Of a stretch of 20,000 bases of DNA, positions 1 through 7,459 are shown one piece after another. Positions within the stretch are counted from its first letter, which is position 1. The number at the start of each line of letters is the position of its first letter. The notes beneath the pieces were generated by a model that saw only the letters and a program-made list of their open reading frames with translations, did not search any database and was not told the DNA's origin. The translations under genes were made by a program, and so were the position numbers. The DNA is from an uncultured Planctomycetaceae bacterium (GTDB lineage: Bacteria; Planctomycetota; Planctomycetia; Planctomycetales; Planctomycetaceae), in the NCBI GenBank assembly GCA_963976765.1, contig CAXBME010000016.1, forward strand, positions 172,002 to 192,001. The letters are read 5' to 3'.

Positions 1-860
1 TGACTCTCGTGCGCATCCAGATTCGCTCCCCGTTCGGCTACCAGAGTCGCCGATTCCGGACTTGCGGGAGAACCGTACGAGGCGGCGATTCCGGCTGATG
101 AAACGAAGTATCCATGATCCGGAAGTTCGTCGGGATTGCAACCGATTCGCGTCGCAAGCATCTGCCGGAAAAGAGCTTCCGCCATTGGACTGCGGCAGGT
201 ATTGCCGGTGCAGACAAACAGGATCACCTCGGCCGTCATACGACGGACGCTCTGGCTGCTGACAATTCCCTCGCGAAAAACTTCAAAGTCCTCGCCAATC
301 AGATTCACTGAGGTCGGACCGTCGGGAAATCGGACTTCCCCGAGATCGACGACAAACTCTGCCCCTTCAGCCAGTCCGTTCAAATCGGCGGCCTGACAGG
401 CGGGGGAACCGGGAACCACGACGATCAGCGGCGCGGGCAGAATTCGACCAATTTCGTTAATCATCGAGTCCGAAGAAACGGTCACACTGACACGGTCGTT
501 TCCGAGCAACTCACGAGCTTGAGGGCTCAGCGAATCTACCAGTCCGCCAGACGCGGCTGAGGCATCTGAAGCAAGAATCACCGGCCCCGGCCAGCAGCGT
601 CGTGCGAGTTTCTTACCAATACGCGACAGGTCTGGCAGAAAGTCGAAAGCCTCTTCAACCGACCGGGACAGCAGTGTGGCAGCGCCGTGACAAAACTTGT
701 CCAGATTCGCTACTGATCGCTCGGAATTAGCCAGTCCCGCAAGAACGTAGCTACTCTCAGTGGGCAATCCGACCAGCCCCCCCTCCGACAGCACCTGCGC
801 AGCACGATGAACGAGGTCGCGCTGCTGCTCGGGGCCTTCAGGCCGGACCATCTCCACCAT
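1..860 (-). CDS. Fusion of a Sua5/YrdC(TsaC)-like domain and a low-molecular-weight protein phosphatase (YwlE/Wzb family); 3' end lies beyond the window
   Basis: Not in the ORF track; translated by hand from ATG at 860 (SD-like AAGGA upstream), open to base 1: MVEMVRPEGPEQQRDLVHRAAQVLSEGGLVGLPTESSYVLAG...LARRCWPGPVIL... (YrdC-type L..GG.V..PTE..Y and WPGP motifs), then ...EVILFVCTGNTCRSPMAEALFRQML...VSSAGIAA... (LMW-PTP P-loop at 189-212 and the SAG motif). Confidence 0.9.
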   Translation of the reverse strand, partial: MVEMVRPEGPEQQRDLVHRAAQVLSEGGLVGLPTESSYVLAGLANSERSVANLDKFCHGAATLLSRSVEEAFDFLPDLSRIGKKLARRCWPGPVILASDASAASGGLVDSLSPQARELLGNDRVSVTVSSDSMINEIGRILPAPLIVVVPGSPACQAADLNGLAEGAEFVVDLGEVRFPDGPTSVNLIGEDFEVFREGIVSSQSVRRMTAEVILFVCTGNTCRSPMAEALFRQMLATRIGCNPDELPDHGYFVSSAGIAASYGSPASPESATLVAERGANLDAHES

Positions 861-1017
861 GAACCTGCGTTCCTTTTCGCCGAGAGTATCCAGTTTTCTC
901 TCTGCGGCTGCCTGCGTTACGAACCAGCCCGTCAGTTAATCGGGCAATGACATAATTGAGAATGAACAGTCGCCAATCGGTCGGAAACTGCTTCACCTCA
1001 AGTATTTGAGTCGCGGG

Positions 1018-1046
1018 ATTCTACCGGCGGCAAGTGGCTCATTCAA
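1018..1046 (-). promoter_or_regulatory. Putative sigma70-type promoter for the YrdC-phosphatase fusion gene
   Basis: Minus strand reads TTGAAT-N17-TAGAAT in the intergenic gap, ~160 nt upstream of the ATG at 860. Confidence 0.6.
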
Positions 1047-1077
1047 CCAGGCTGTCCGGATCAAAGTTCCGCCAGCA

Positions 1078-2433
1078 TCACGCCGAAATATGCCCGGTCA
1101 GCATCAGGACGATCGACACGACAAAGACCAGCGAATACGCCCCGGCCAGCCACACGGAACCTCGTTGAAGCCCGACCGGACAATCTGTCATACAAAGCGA
1201 CGCTCCGGTCGACGCGGGGGGAATCTCGACCGACGGGTATCCGGGGCTCCACAGTTCGCCGTTCTCGGTCCGGTACTCGACGCGGCTCTTCCACAGTGTC
1301 CAGCCAACCAGCCCCACGATACCGGCGGAAATCAGCATGACGTAAGCCGGCATGTCCGGCTCACTGGCGTCTGCCAGTGCTGGCGCAGTCGCCGTAACTT
1401 TGAGCAGCACAACTGCCAGCGAATTGTTGAGCAGATGCAGCAGCATCGGGGCGAGTATGCTTCGCGTCGCCAGGTAGACCAGGTGAATAAAAAACGCGAG
1501 CGGCAGCAACGAAACAACGTGAGCCGGGTGAATGTGCACAGCCGCGAAAAGCACAGACGTCATGATGACGCCCGACAGAATCCCATGTCGGGCGACCAGA
1601 CCTCGCCCGATGATTCCACGGAAGATGACCTCTTCGCCAATCGCCGGAGCGACGGCCACCACGAGAAACAATAGCCCGATTGGAGCGGTTTCGCCCAGCG
1701 GTTTAATGCTCTCGTTGACGTTCAGATTCTCGAAAAGTCCCATGCCAGGCAGGTGAGCGAAGAATTCGTTCCAGATCCCCAGCGCCAGTTGGTGAAAACC
1801 GCCACACATCAGCGAAATGGGGATCGACACCGCGCAGATCAGCAGCACGTGATTCATCTGCAGCGACCGAATCCCCATCAGATAAGCCGTCCGCGGCCCC
1901 AGCCGAAGCCGAGTGGCGACGACGGCGGCGACCAGAAACACAAGCATCTCGATCGTCATCAGCTCAAGCCCGAACGTGTCGGGCAAGGCCATGATCACGG
2001 CCTTCAGTCTTTCCGGAGACGGCGAAGCTCCGGCGGTCGTCATGTCGACGATCTGCAGGGTCATGACAGCAAACACCGCCACCAGCATCCCGATCAGATG
2101 GATTCCGATGACCGCCAGCATCCAGCCGACCGCTTCCGGAATCCCCGGTCCGGGTGGCCGACGGCTCATCCCTCGACGCTGCATTTGCAGCCGCCGCGAG
2201 ACTTCGTCGCGTCCCTCAGCGTCCGACTTTGCATGGCCGGGAACGTGCCCGGATTCGAGATTGTCTCGAAACGCTGCGACTTCCGCTCGGTCCGCTTCGT
2301 TGAGAACTGCCTCATTGAGCGACACCTCGTTAAGGGCCAGTCTGGCAGACGAGTCTTCGATCCAGGGCGAGTCGTCAGATGTTTCTGCCGGCTGAGGGTC
2401 GAGACGGTCATCAGGAGTCGTCGGCTCGGACAT
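1078..2433 (-). CDS. CPBP family (CAAX protease/Abi) intramembrane glutamic endopeptidase with acidic N-terminal extension
   Basis: Multiple TM segments; family motifs EEVIFRG (EExxFRG), FAAVH (FxxxH) and HLLNN (HxxxN); SD-like GGAGA before the ATG. Confidence 0.88.
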   Translation of the reverse strand: MSEPTTPDDRLDPQPAETSDDSPWIEDSSARLALNEVSLNEAVLNEADRAEVAAFRDNLESGHVPGHAKSDAEGRDEVSRRLQMQRRGMSRRPPGPGIPEAVGWMLAVIGIHLIGMLVAVFAVMTLQIVDMTTAGASPSPERLKAVIMALPDTFGLELMTIEMLVFLVAAVVATRLRLGPRTAYLMGIRSLQMNHVLLICAVSIPISLMCGGFHQLALGIWNEFFAHLPGMGLFENLNVNESIKPLGETAPIGLLFLVVAVAPAIGEEVIFRGIIGRGLVARHGILSGVIMTSVLFAAVHIHPAHVVSLLPLAFFIHLVYLATRSILAPMLLHLLNNSLAVVLLKVTATAPALADASEPDMPAYVMLISAGIVGLVGWTLWKSRVEYRTENGELWSPGYPSVEIPPASTGASLCMTDCPVGLQRGSVWLAGAYSLVFVVSIVLMLTGHISA

Positions 2434-2834
2434 ATCTTCTCCGCACGGGCTCTATAAATGTGGTCAGGCAGTTATCACTGGAACGAGACAATCGACATCA
2501 CGGTGCCCTGCGCGAGAACGAGTTTCAAGCAGGCAATGCCCGCCATCAGCGAAACGCGACCGCACTTGTCTCGAAGGCTTCCAGTCAGAACAGTCAGGCA
2601 GAATGCGTACTCTATCAAGCTGGACAACCCGGACAGGTAACTCAAATCACCCGTTTGCGGCAAACCGGAATAGACAGAATCGCGACTGTGATGTTCATTC
2701 AGTAGGATGACTCTCATTCTTCCCGAATTCCGTCCGAACGCCGGAGCAAAGTTGCACGAATCCCGCATGTTGCCGATCCGGCACAAGGGAAGTCTGGATT
2801 CGGTCCTACTGTCAGGAGCTAAGGAAGAGTCCGA

Positions 2835-4295
2835 GTGAATTCCAATTCTGCCGACAAGCTGCCAGAAATCGACCTTTCTGCCACATGGACGTTGTTCTGT
2901 GTTGGCTGCAATCAACGCTTTCCGTGTAATTCGGAAAACGACGCCTGCCCGAACTGCGGCTTCCACGCGATCTTTAACGACACTTCCGACGATGAAACCA
3001 TCGTTTCGCGCGACGCCAGTGAAGAAGGCTTCCGCGAGGTCGCCAAAGTCGCGGCCGATAACGACCCGCTGATCGGTCAGGCTCTGCACGTCTATCAGTG
3101 CATCTCGCTGATCGGCAGCGGCGGAATGGGCCGAGTCTACCTGGCTCATCACAAAGACCTTGAACGCCGCTGTGCTCTGAAGCTGCTGTCGCCTCGTCGC
3201 GCCACCTGCGATGAGGAATACGTCGCTCGGTTTGTCGAAGAAGGTCGATCCGCCGCCGCGCTCGTCCACCCGAACATCGTCACCGTCCACGCGGTCGGAC
3301 AGGTCAACGGAAAACACTTCCTCGAAATGGAGTTCATCGCCGGACGATCACTCCAGCAGCTGATCAACGACGAAGGCCAGTTGACCATCCCGCGAGCTTT
3401 GTCGCTCATTGCCCGCACGGCTGATGGACTCGCCGCCGCCCACCGCGACGACATCATTCACCGCGACGTCAAACCGGACAATATCATGCTGACGAAGCGC
3501 GGCGAGCCGAAGATCAGCGACTTCGGTCTCGCCAAACGCGTGCTCAACAGCAAAGGCAGGCCCATGGCCGACGGCATTTGCGGCACCCCCAATTACATGG
3601 CTCCGGAACTTTTCCAGGGCGACGAGGCAACACCAGCCAGCGACGTCTACGCCCTTGGCGTCACCTTGTTTCTAGCCCTCACCGGGCGACTGCCCTACCA
3701 GGCCGAATCGATCCAGCAGCTTCGGTGGAAAGGCCGCAACGAACCCATCCCCAACGTTCGCCGAATGCGTTCAGACGTTCCACTGGAAGTCGCCGAATGC
3801 GTGGCCATGATGACCGCCCCCGCGCCGGGTAACCGACCGCAGGACGCCATCGCCGCCTCGCAACTTCTGCACGCAGTGCTCGGCCAGGAACGCGATCTTG
3901 AGTCTTTACTCATCGAAGCGTTCCGGCACGAGCCGGGAATCGCCTGGACCAGGTTCGGAGACACCTACACGCTCGTTCGATCCCTGCCAGGCAACCGCAA
4001 ACAGACGGTTTTCCTCGAACCCAGCGACCACGCGTTCGGGGACAGACTGCTCCTGTTCTACAGCGTTTGCGGGCCGGCTGAGCCGGACTACTATGAACAG
4101 GCATTGCGGCTGAATTCTGAAATGCTGCACGGCAGTCTGGCAATTCGGCAAATCGATGGCGAGCCGTACTTCGTCGTTGTGGACACTTACCCTCGCTCGA
4201 CCGTCGACCCGGAAGAAATCCGGCGAACGGTGTTCGATATCGCTCACAACGCCGACCAGGTCGAACAACGCCTGACTGGCCTGGACCGGCATTAG
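2835..4295 (+). CDS. Hanks-type Ser/Thr protein kinase with N-terminal Cys4 zinc ribbon and C-terminal YbjN/T3SS-chaperone-like domain
   Basis: GSGGMGRVY, ALK, HRDVKPDN, DFGLAK, GTPNYMAPE, SDVYALG; N-terminal CVGC...CPNC; no TM segment. The C-terminal ~120 aa (RKQTVF...ALRLN...HGSLA...ADQVEQRLTGLD) resembles YbjN-like domains. GTG start with AAGGAAG upstream. Confidence 0.92.
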   Translation: MNSNSADKLPEIDLSATWTLFCVGCNQRFPCNSENDACPNCGFHAIFNDTSDDETIVSRDASEEGFREVAKVAADNDPLIGQALHVYQCISLIGSGGMGRVYLAHHKDLERRCALKLLSPRRATCDEEYVARFVEEGRSAAALVHPNIVTVHAVGQVNGKHFLEMEFIAGRSLQQLINDEGQLTIPRALSLIARTADGLAAAHRDDIIHRDVKPDNIMLTKRGEPKISDFGLAKRVLNSKGRPMADGICGTPNYMAPELFQGDEATPASDVYALGVTLFLALTGRLPYQAESIQQLRWKGRNEPIPNVRRMRSDVPLEVAECVAMMTAPAPGNRPQDAIAASQLLHAVLGQERDLESLLIEAFRHEPGIAWTRFGDTYTLVRSLPGNRKQTVFLEPSDHAFGDRLLLFYSVCGPAEPDYYEQALRLNSEMLHGSLAIRQIDGEPYFVVVDTYPRSTVDPEEIRRTVFDIAHNADQVEQRLTGLDRH

Positions 4296-4503
4296 CTACT
4301 ACCGTTCCCGCCGTTCGTGAACCGCAACTCACACAAATCGTTGAGCGTCGTCTCGATCGTCCTGAGACCGCAGATTTCGACGTGTGCCACTGACTCTGCC
4401 AGTGCAGCATCGGCTCACGACACCGATTTTCACGAAGGCACTGGCAAAGCCGGTGGCACATTTTTTCAACACGCTGCAAGCCTCACGCCGAAGTCACTCT
4501 CCG

Positions 4504-5559
4504 ATGGAACAACTTCTCCAGGAATTTCTGGAACCCCGTTCAACGATCTCTCTGCTGGGGATCATCGCTGTCAGCCTCGTCGCGCTGGGCAAGTTTGCCG
4601 ACCTGGTCGTTGACTATGCGGTCGTCCTTTCCGAGCGCTCGGGTATTCCAAAGGTCGTTATTGGAGCCACCGTCGTCAGCCTCGGCACGACAGCTCCGGA
4701 AGTCGCCGTTTCAGTCACGGCGGCCTTCAATGGGAACCCCGGCCTGGCGATGGGAAATGCCGTCGGGTCAATCATCTGCGACACCGGGCTGATCCTGGGT
4801 GTGGCTTGTCTGATTCGACCGTTGACAATTCCCTGGGACATTGCCAACCGACAGGGCTGGGTTCAGCTGGCCTGCGGATTTCTGATCGTGCTGCTGTCGA
4901 TTCCCTGGGCCGCCCCATTTTCACCTTACACCGACGGAGCCGAGGGGAACTTCCCGCAGTGGGCCGGCTTTCTGTGTTTGGGTTTACTGGCCGTTTATCT
5001 GTGGGTATCTGTCAAGTGGTCGATGGGTTCGGGAGCGGCCGCGTCTGAAGGCGTCGAAGAAGTAGGCGACAGTGAAGCATCCGTTCCAGCGGCAGTCCTC
5101 ATCGTCAAGATCATTCTGTCTCTGGCTGGCGTGATCCTGTCGGCAAACATCCTTATTCCTGCCGTGACCATCGTCGCTATTCGACTGAACGTTCCCGAAG
5201 CCGTCATCGCGTTGACGCTGGTTGCGTTCGGAACGTCGCTGCCGGAACTGGTGACGGCGATCCAGGCCGCCCGCAAGGGACACGGCGACCTCGCCGTCGG
5301 AAACATCATAGGAGCCGACATTCTGAATGCACTGTTTGTTGCCGGAGCCGCCGCTGCCGTCACTCCTGCCGGGCTGACCGTCGACCAGTCATTCTTCTGG
5401 CCAGCCTTCCCGGCGATGTTGTTTGTGCTGGTCGTTTTCCGAATCGGCATCTATGTTTGCCGAACGCAGCTCACGCGGAAGTTTGGCTTCGTGCTGCTGG
5501 CAGCGTATTTTGCTTACCTCGCAGTCAGTATCGTCGGCGGCGTCAATCCCGGACACTGA
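4504..5559 (+). CDS. Ca2+/Na+ antiporter (CaCA superfamily, YrbG-like)
   Basis: Two alpha-repeats, SLGTTAPE...GNAVGS and AFGTSLPE...GNIIGADILN; about 10 hydrophobic segments. ATG at 4504 (MEQLLQEF) preferred over the track's 4384 start. Confidence 0.9.
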   Translation: MEQLLQEFLEPRSTISLLGIIAVSLVALGKFADLVVDYAVVLSERSGIPKVVIGATVVSLGTTAPEVAVSVTAAFNGNPGLAMGNAVGSIICDTGLILGVACLIRPLTIPWDIANRQGWVQLACGFLIVLLSIPWAAPFSPYTDGAEGNFPQWAGFLCLGLLAVYLWVSVKWSMGSGAAASEGVEEVGDSEASVPAAVLIVKIILSLAGVILSANILIPAVTIVAIRLNVPEAVIALTLVAFGTSLPELVTAIQAARKGHGDLAVGNIIGADILNALFVAGAAAAVTPAGLTVDQSFFWPAFPAMLFVLVVFRIGIYVCRTQLTRKFGFVLLAAYFAYLAVSIVGGVNPGH

Positions 5560-5582
5560 CATTCCCAGCAACTCGCAACGCT

Positions 5583-5655
5583 GTAGGGTGGGTACTGCTC
5601 ACCAACTATTTGAACAACGCGGCATTCCGAAACTGGTGGGCAGTGCCCACCCTAC
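5583..5655. repeat. GTAG-family REP inverted doublet (REPIN-like)
   Basis: GTAGGGTGGGTACTGCTCACCA (5583-5604) and TGGTGGGCAGTGCCCACCCTAC (5634-5655; reverse complement GTAGGGTGGGCACTGCCCACCA). Arms match at 20/22; each is GTAG plus a short palindrome; 29-nt spacer; intergenic. Confidence 0.8.
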
Positions 5656-5667
5656 TTAAGCGGACAG

Positions 5668-6900
5668 ATGATGCAGACACTCTCACAAGCTGAAGTGCGA
5701 CAACGAATCTCGGAACGGCTCGACTCTTCGGAATTCACCAGCAAAAAAGTTCTGTTGATCGTTCCTGACGCAACTCGAACCGCTCCGCTGCCGTTGCTCT
5801 TTGACGCGGTACATGGAGAACTCACCAGCGTCGGTGCAAAAGTCGACGTCATGATCGCTCTGGGCACTCATCCCGGAATGTCGGAAGCAGCGATTCTGAA
5901 ACTGCTCGGCATCAGCGACGAAGATCGAACCGGCAGGTATGCCGACGTCGGGCTGTTCAATCACGAATGGGACAACCCGGAAGCTCTGACTTCGATTGGT
6001 GAACTGACGAAGGCCGACGTCGAAGAAATTTCTGACGGACTGCTTTCCCTCGACGTCAACGTGCAGATCAACGCGAAGATTCGCAACTACGACACGCTGC
6101 TCGTACTGGGCCCGGTGTTTCCGCACGAGGTCGTCGGTTTCTCCGGCGGCAACAAATACTTCTTCCCCGGCATTTCCGGGCCCGACCTGCTCAACTTTTT
6201 CCACTGGCTGGGAGCGCTCATCACCAACGTCGGAATTATCGGCGTTAAAGACACGCCTGTTCGCCGAGTCGTTGACCGAGCTGCAACATTGATTCCGGTT
6301 GACCGTCGAGCGTTGACCTTCGTCGTGAATGGCAAAGCGGATATCTACGACCTGTTTTATGGAACTCCAGAAAAAGCCTGGGACTCGGCGGCGGACGTCT
6401 CGGCTCAAGTTCACATCGAGCGAGTCGAAAAGCCGTTCAAACAGGTTCTCTCCTGCGCACCGTTGATGTACGACGAACTCTGGGTCGCCGGAAAGTGCAT
6501 GTACAAACTCGAATCCGTCGTGGCCGACGGCGGCGAGCTGATCATCTACGCGCCGCATCTCGATGAAGTCTCGACCGAGCACGGTAAGTACATCATGGAA
6601 ATCGGCTACCACATTCGAGACTACTTCCAGAAGCAGTGGGACGATTTCAAGCACTACCCCTGGGGAGTACTCGCTCACTCAACGCACGTTCGAGGAACCG
6701 GCACATTCGAAGACGGTGTCGAGAAACCTCGCATTCAGGTGACACTGGCCTCGAAGATCCCGCCGGACGTCTGCAAGCAGATCAACCTCGGATACCGCGA
6801 TCCGGCCACGATCGATGTCGAATCGTTCGCCAACCGCGAAGACGAAGGCATCCTGCTGGTTCGCAAAGCGGGTGAACAACTCTATCGATTGCAGGAGTAG
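5668..6900 (+). CDS. LarA (lactate racemase)-family nickel-pincer-dependent racemase/epimerase
   Basis: VPDATR, ALGTH, NHEW, PHEVVGFSGGNK, FFH and AGK match the LarA D..R, His, His...Lys(NPN attachment), His(Ni) and Lys positions. Substrate cannot be determined from the sequence. Confidence 0.85.
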   Translation: MMQTLSQAEVRQRISERLDSSEFTSKKVLLIVPDATRTAPLPLLFDAVHGELTSVGAKVDVMIALGTHPGMSEAAILKLLGISDEDRTGRYADVGLFNHEWDNPEALTSIGELTKADVEEISDGLLSLDVNVQINAKIRNYDTLLVLGPVFPHEVVGFSGGNKYFFPGISGPDLLNFFHWLGALITNVGIIGVKDTPVRRVVDRAATLIPVDRRALTFVVNGKADIYDLFYGTPEKAWDSAADVSAQVHIERVEKPFKQVLSCAPLMYDELWVAGKCMYKLESVVADGGELIIYAPHLDEVSTEHGKYIMEIGYHIRDYFQKQWDDFKHYPWGVLAHSTHVRGTGTFEDGVEKPRIQVTLASKIPPDVCKQINLGYRDPATIDVESFANREDEGILLVRKAGEQLYRLQE

Positions 6901-7029
6901 AGTCGACGCAGAACAATCCACTCACGCAACGCAATTGACCGGTTGTTGTTTCGCGTGTTCGGCGGGCCGCATTCTCAGACAGGACATTCAGCGAGTCGGG
7001 AGTGCTTCATCCTTTGCGCCGGCACGGAC

Positions 7030-7407
7030 ATGCGACCCCAGATTCACATCATCGACGACGAAGCCAGTATTAGAGAATCCCTCACCGCCCTTCTGGATGT
7101 TTTCGGTTGGGAAGCTCACACATACGCAACCGCATCCGGATACCTGGCAACCCTCTCCGAAACCGACACTGATCGGCCGCAGTGCCTGCTCGTCGACGTT
7201 CAGTTACCGGAAATGAGCGGCCTCGACCTGTTGAAAGAACTGAATCGACGCGGAGTTTCGATTCCGTTCATCGTCATGACCGGACACGGCGACAACGCGA
7301 TTGAAGCACGGGCCGCCGAGCAGAACGCCGTCGGCTATTTTCAGAAGCCGTTCCACACGTCAGAATTGCTGAAAACTCTTTCCAGTATTCTTTCACCAGC
7401 AACCTGA
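7030..7407 (+). CDS. Single-domain response regulator (receiver only, FixJ/FixT-like)
   Basis: IIDDE, LVDVQLPEMSG (phospho-Asp), MTGH, QKPF; ends after ~125 aa with no output domain. ATG at 7030 preferred over 6943. Confidence 0.9.
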   Translation: MRPQIHIIDDEASIRESLTALLDVFGWEAHTYATASGYLATLSETDTDRPQCLLVDVQLPEMSGLDLLKELNRRGVSIPFIVMTGHGDNAIEARAAEQNAVGYFQKPFHTSELLKTLSSILSPAT

Positions 7408-7459
7408 CCGTCTCCAGAAATACTCGACGGTTCCTCTAAAGCTCTTCGAGGCATTTTGG

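Noticed and set aside
62..396. Short plus-strand ORFs at the window start
   Set aside because: They lie antisense to the YrdC-phosphatase fusion, which has clear motifs.
1006..2457. Plus-strand ORFs 1006-1674, 1753-2457 and 1913-2395
   Set aside because: Antisense shadows of the motif-bearing CPBP gene, with the R/Q/H-rich composition typical of reverse-frame reads of a membrane protein.
2475..3317. 280-aa minus-strand ORF
   Set aside because: Mostly antisense to the kinase; no recognisable motifs.
1..4295. Cognate kinase-phosphatase pair (Ser/Thr kinase and LMW phosphatase)
   Set aside because: LMW phosphatases act on pTyr/pArg rather than pSer/pThr, and the genes are on opposite strands with another gene between them.
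5583..5655. CRISPR repeat or IS end
   Set aside because: Only two copies, in inverted orientation, with no spacer array, cas gene or transposase; it fits a REP doublet.
5683..6678. 331-aa minus-strand ORF
   Set aside because: Antisense mirror of the LarA-family gene.
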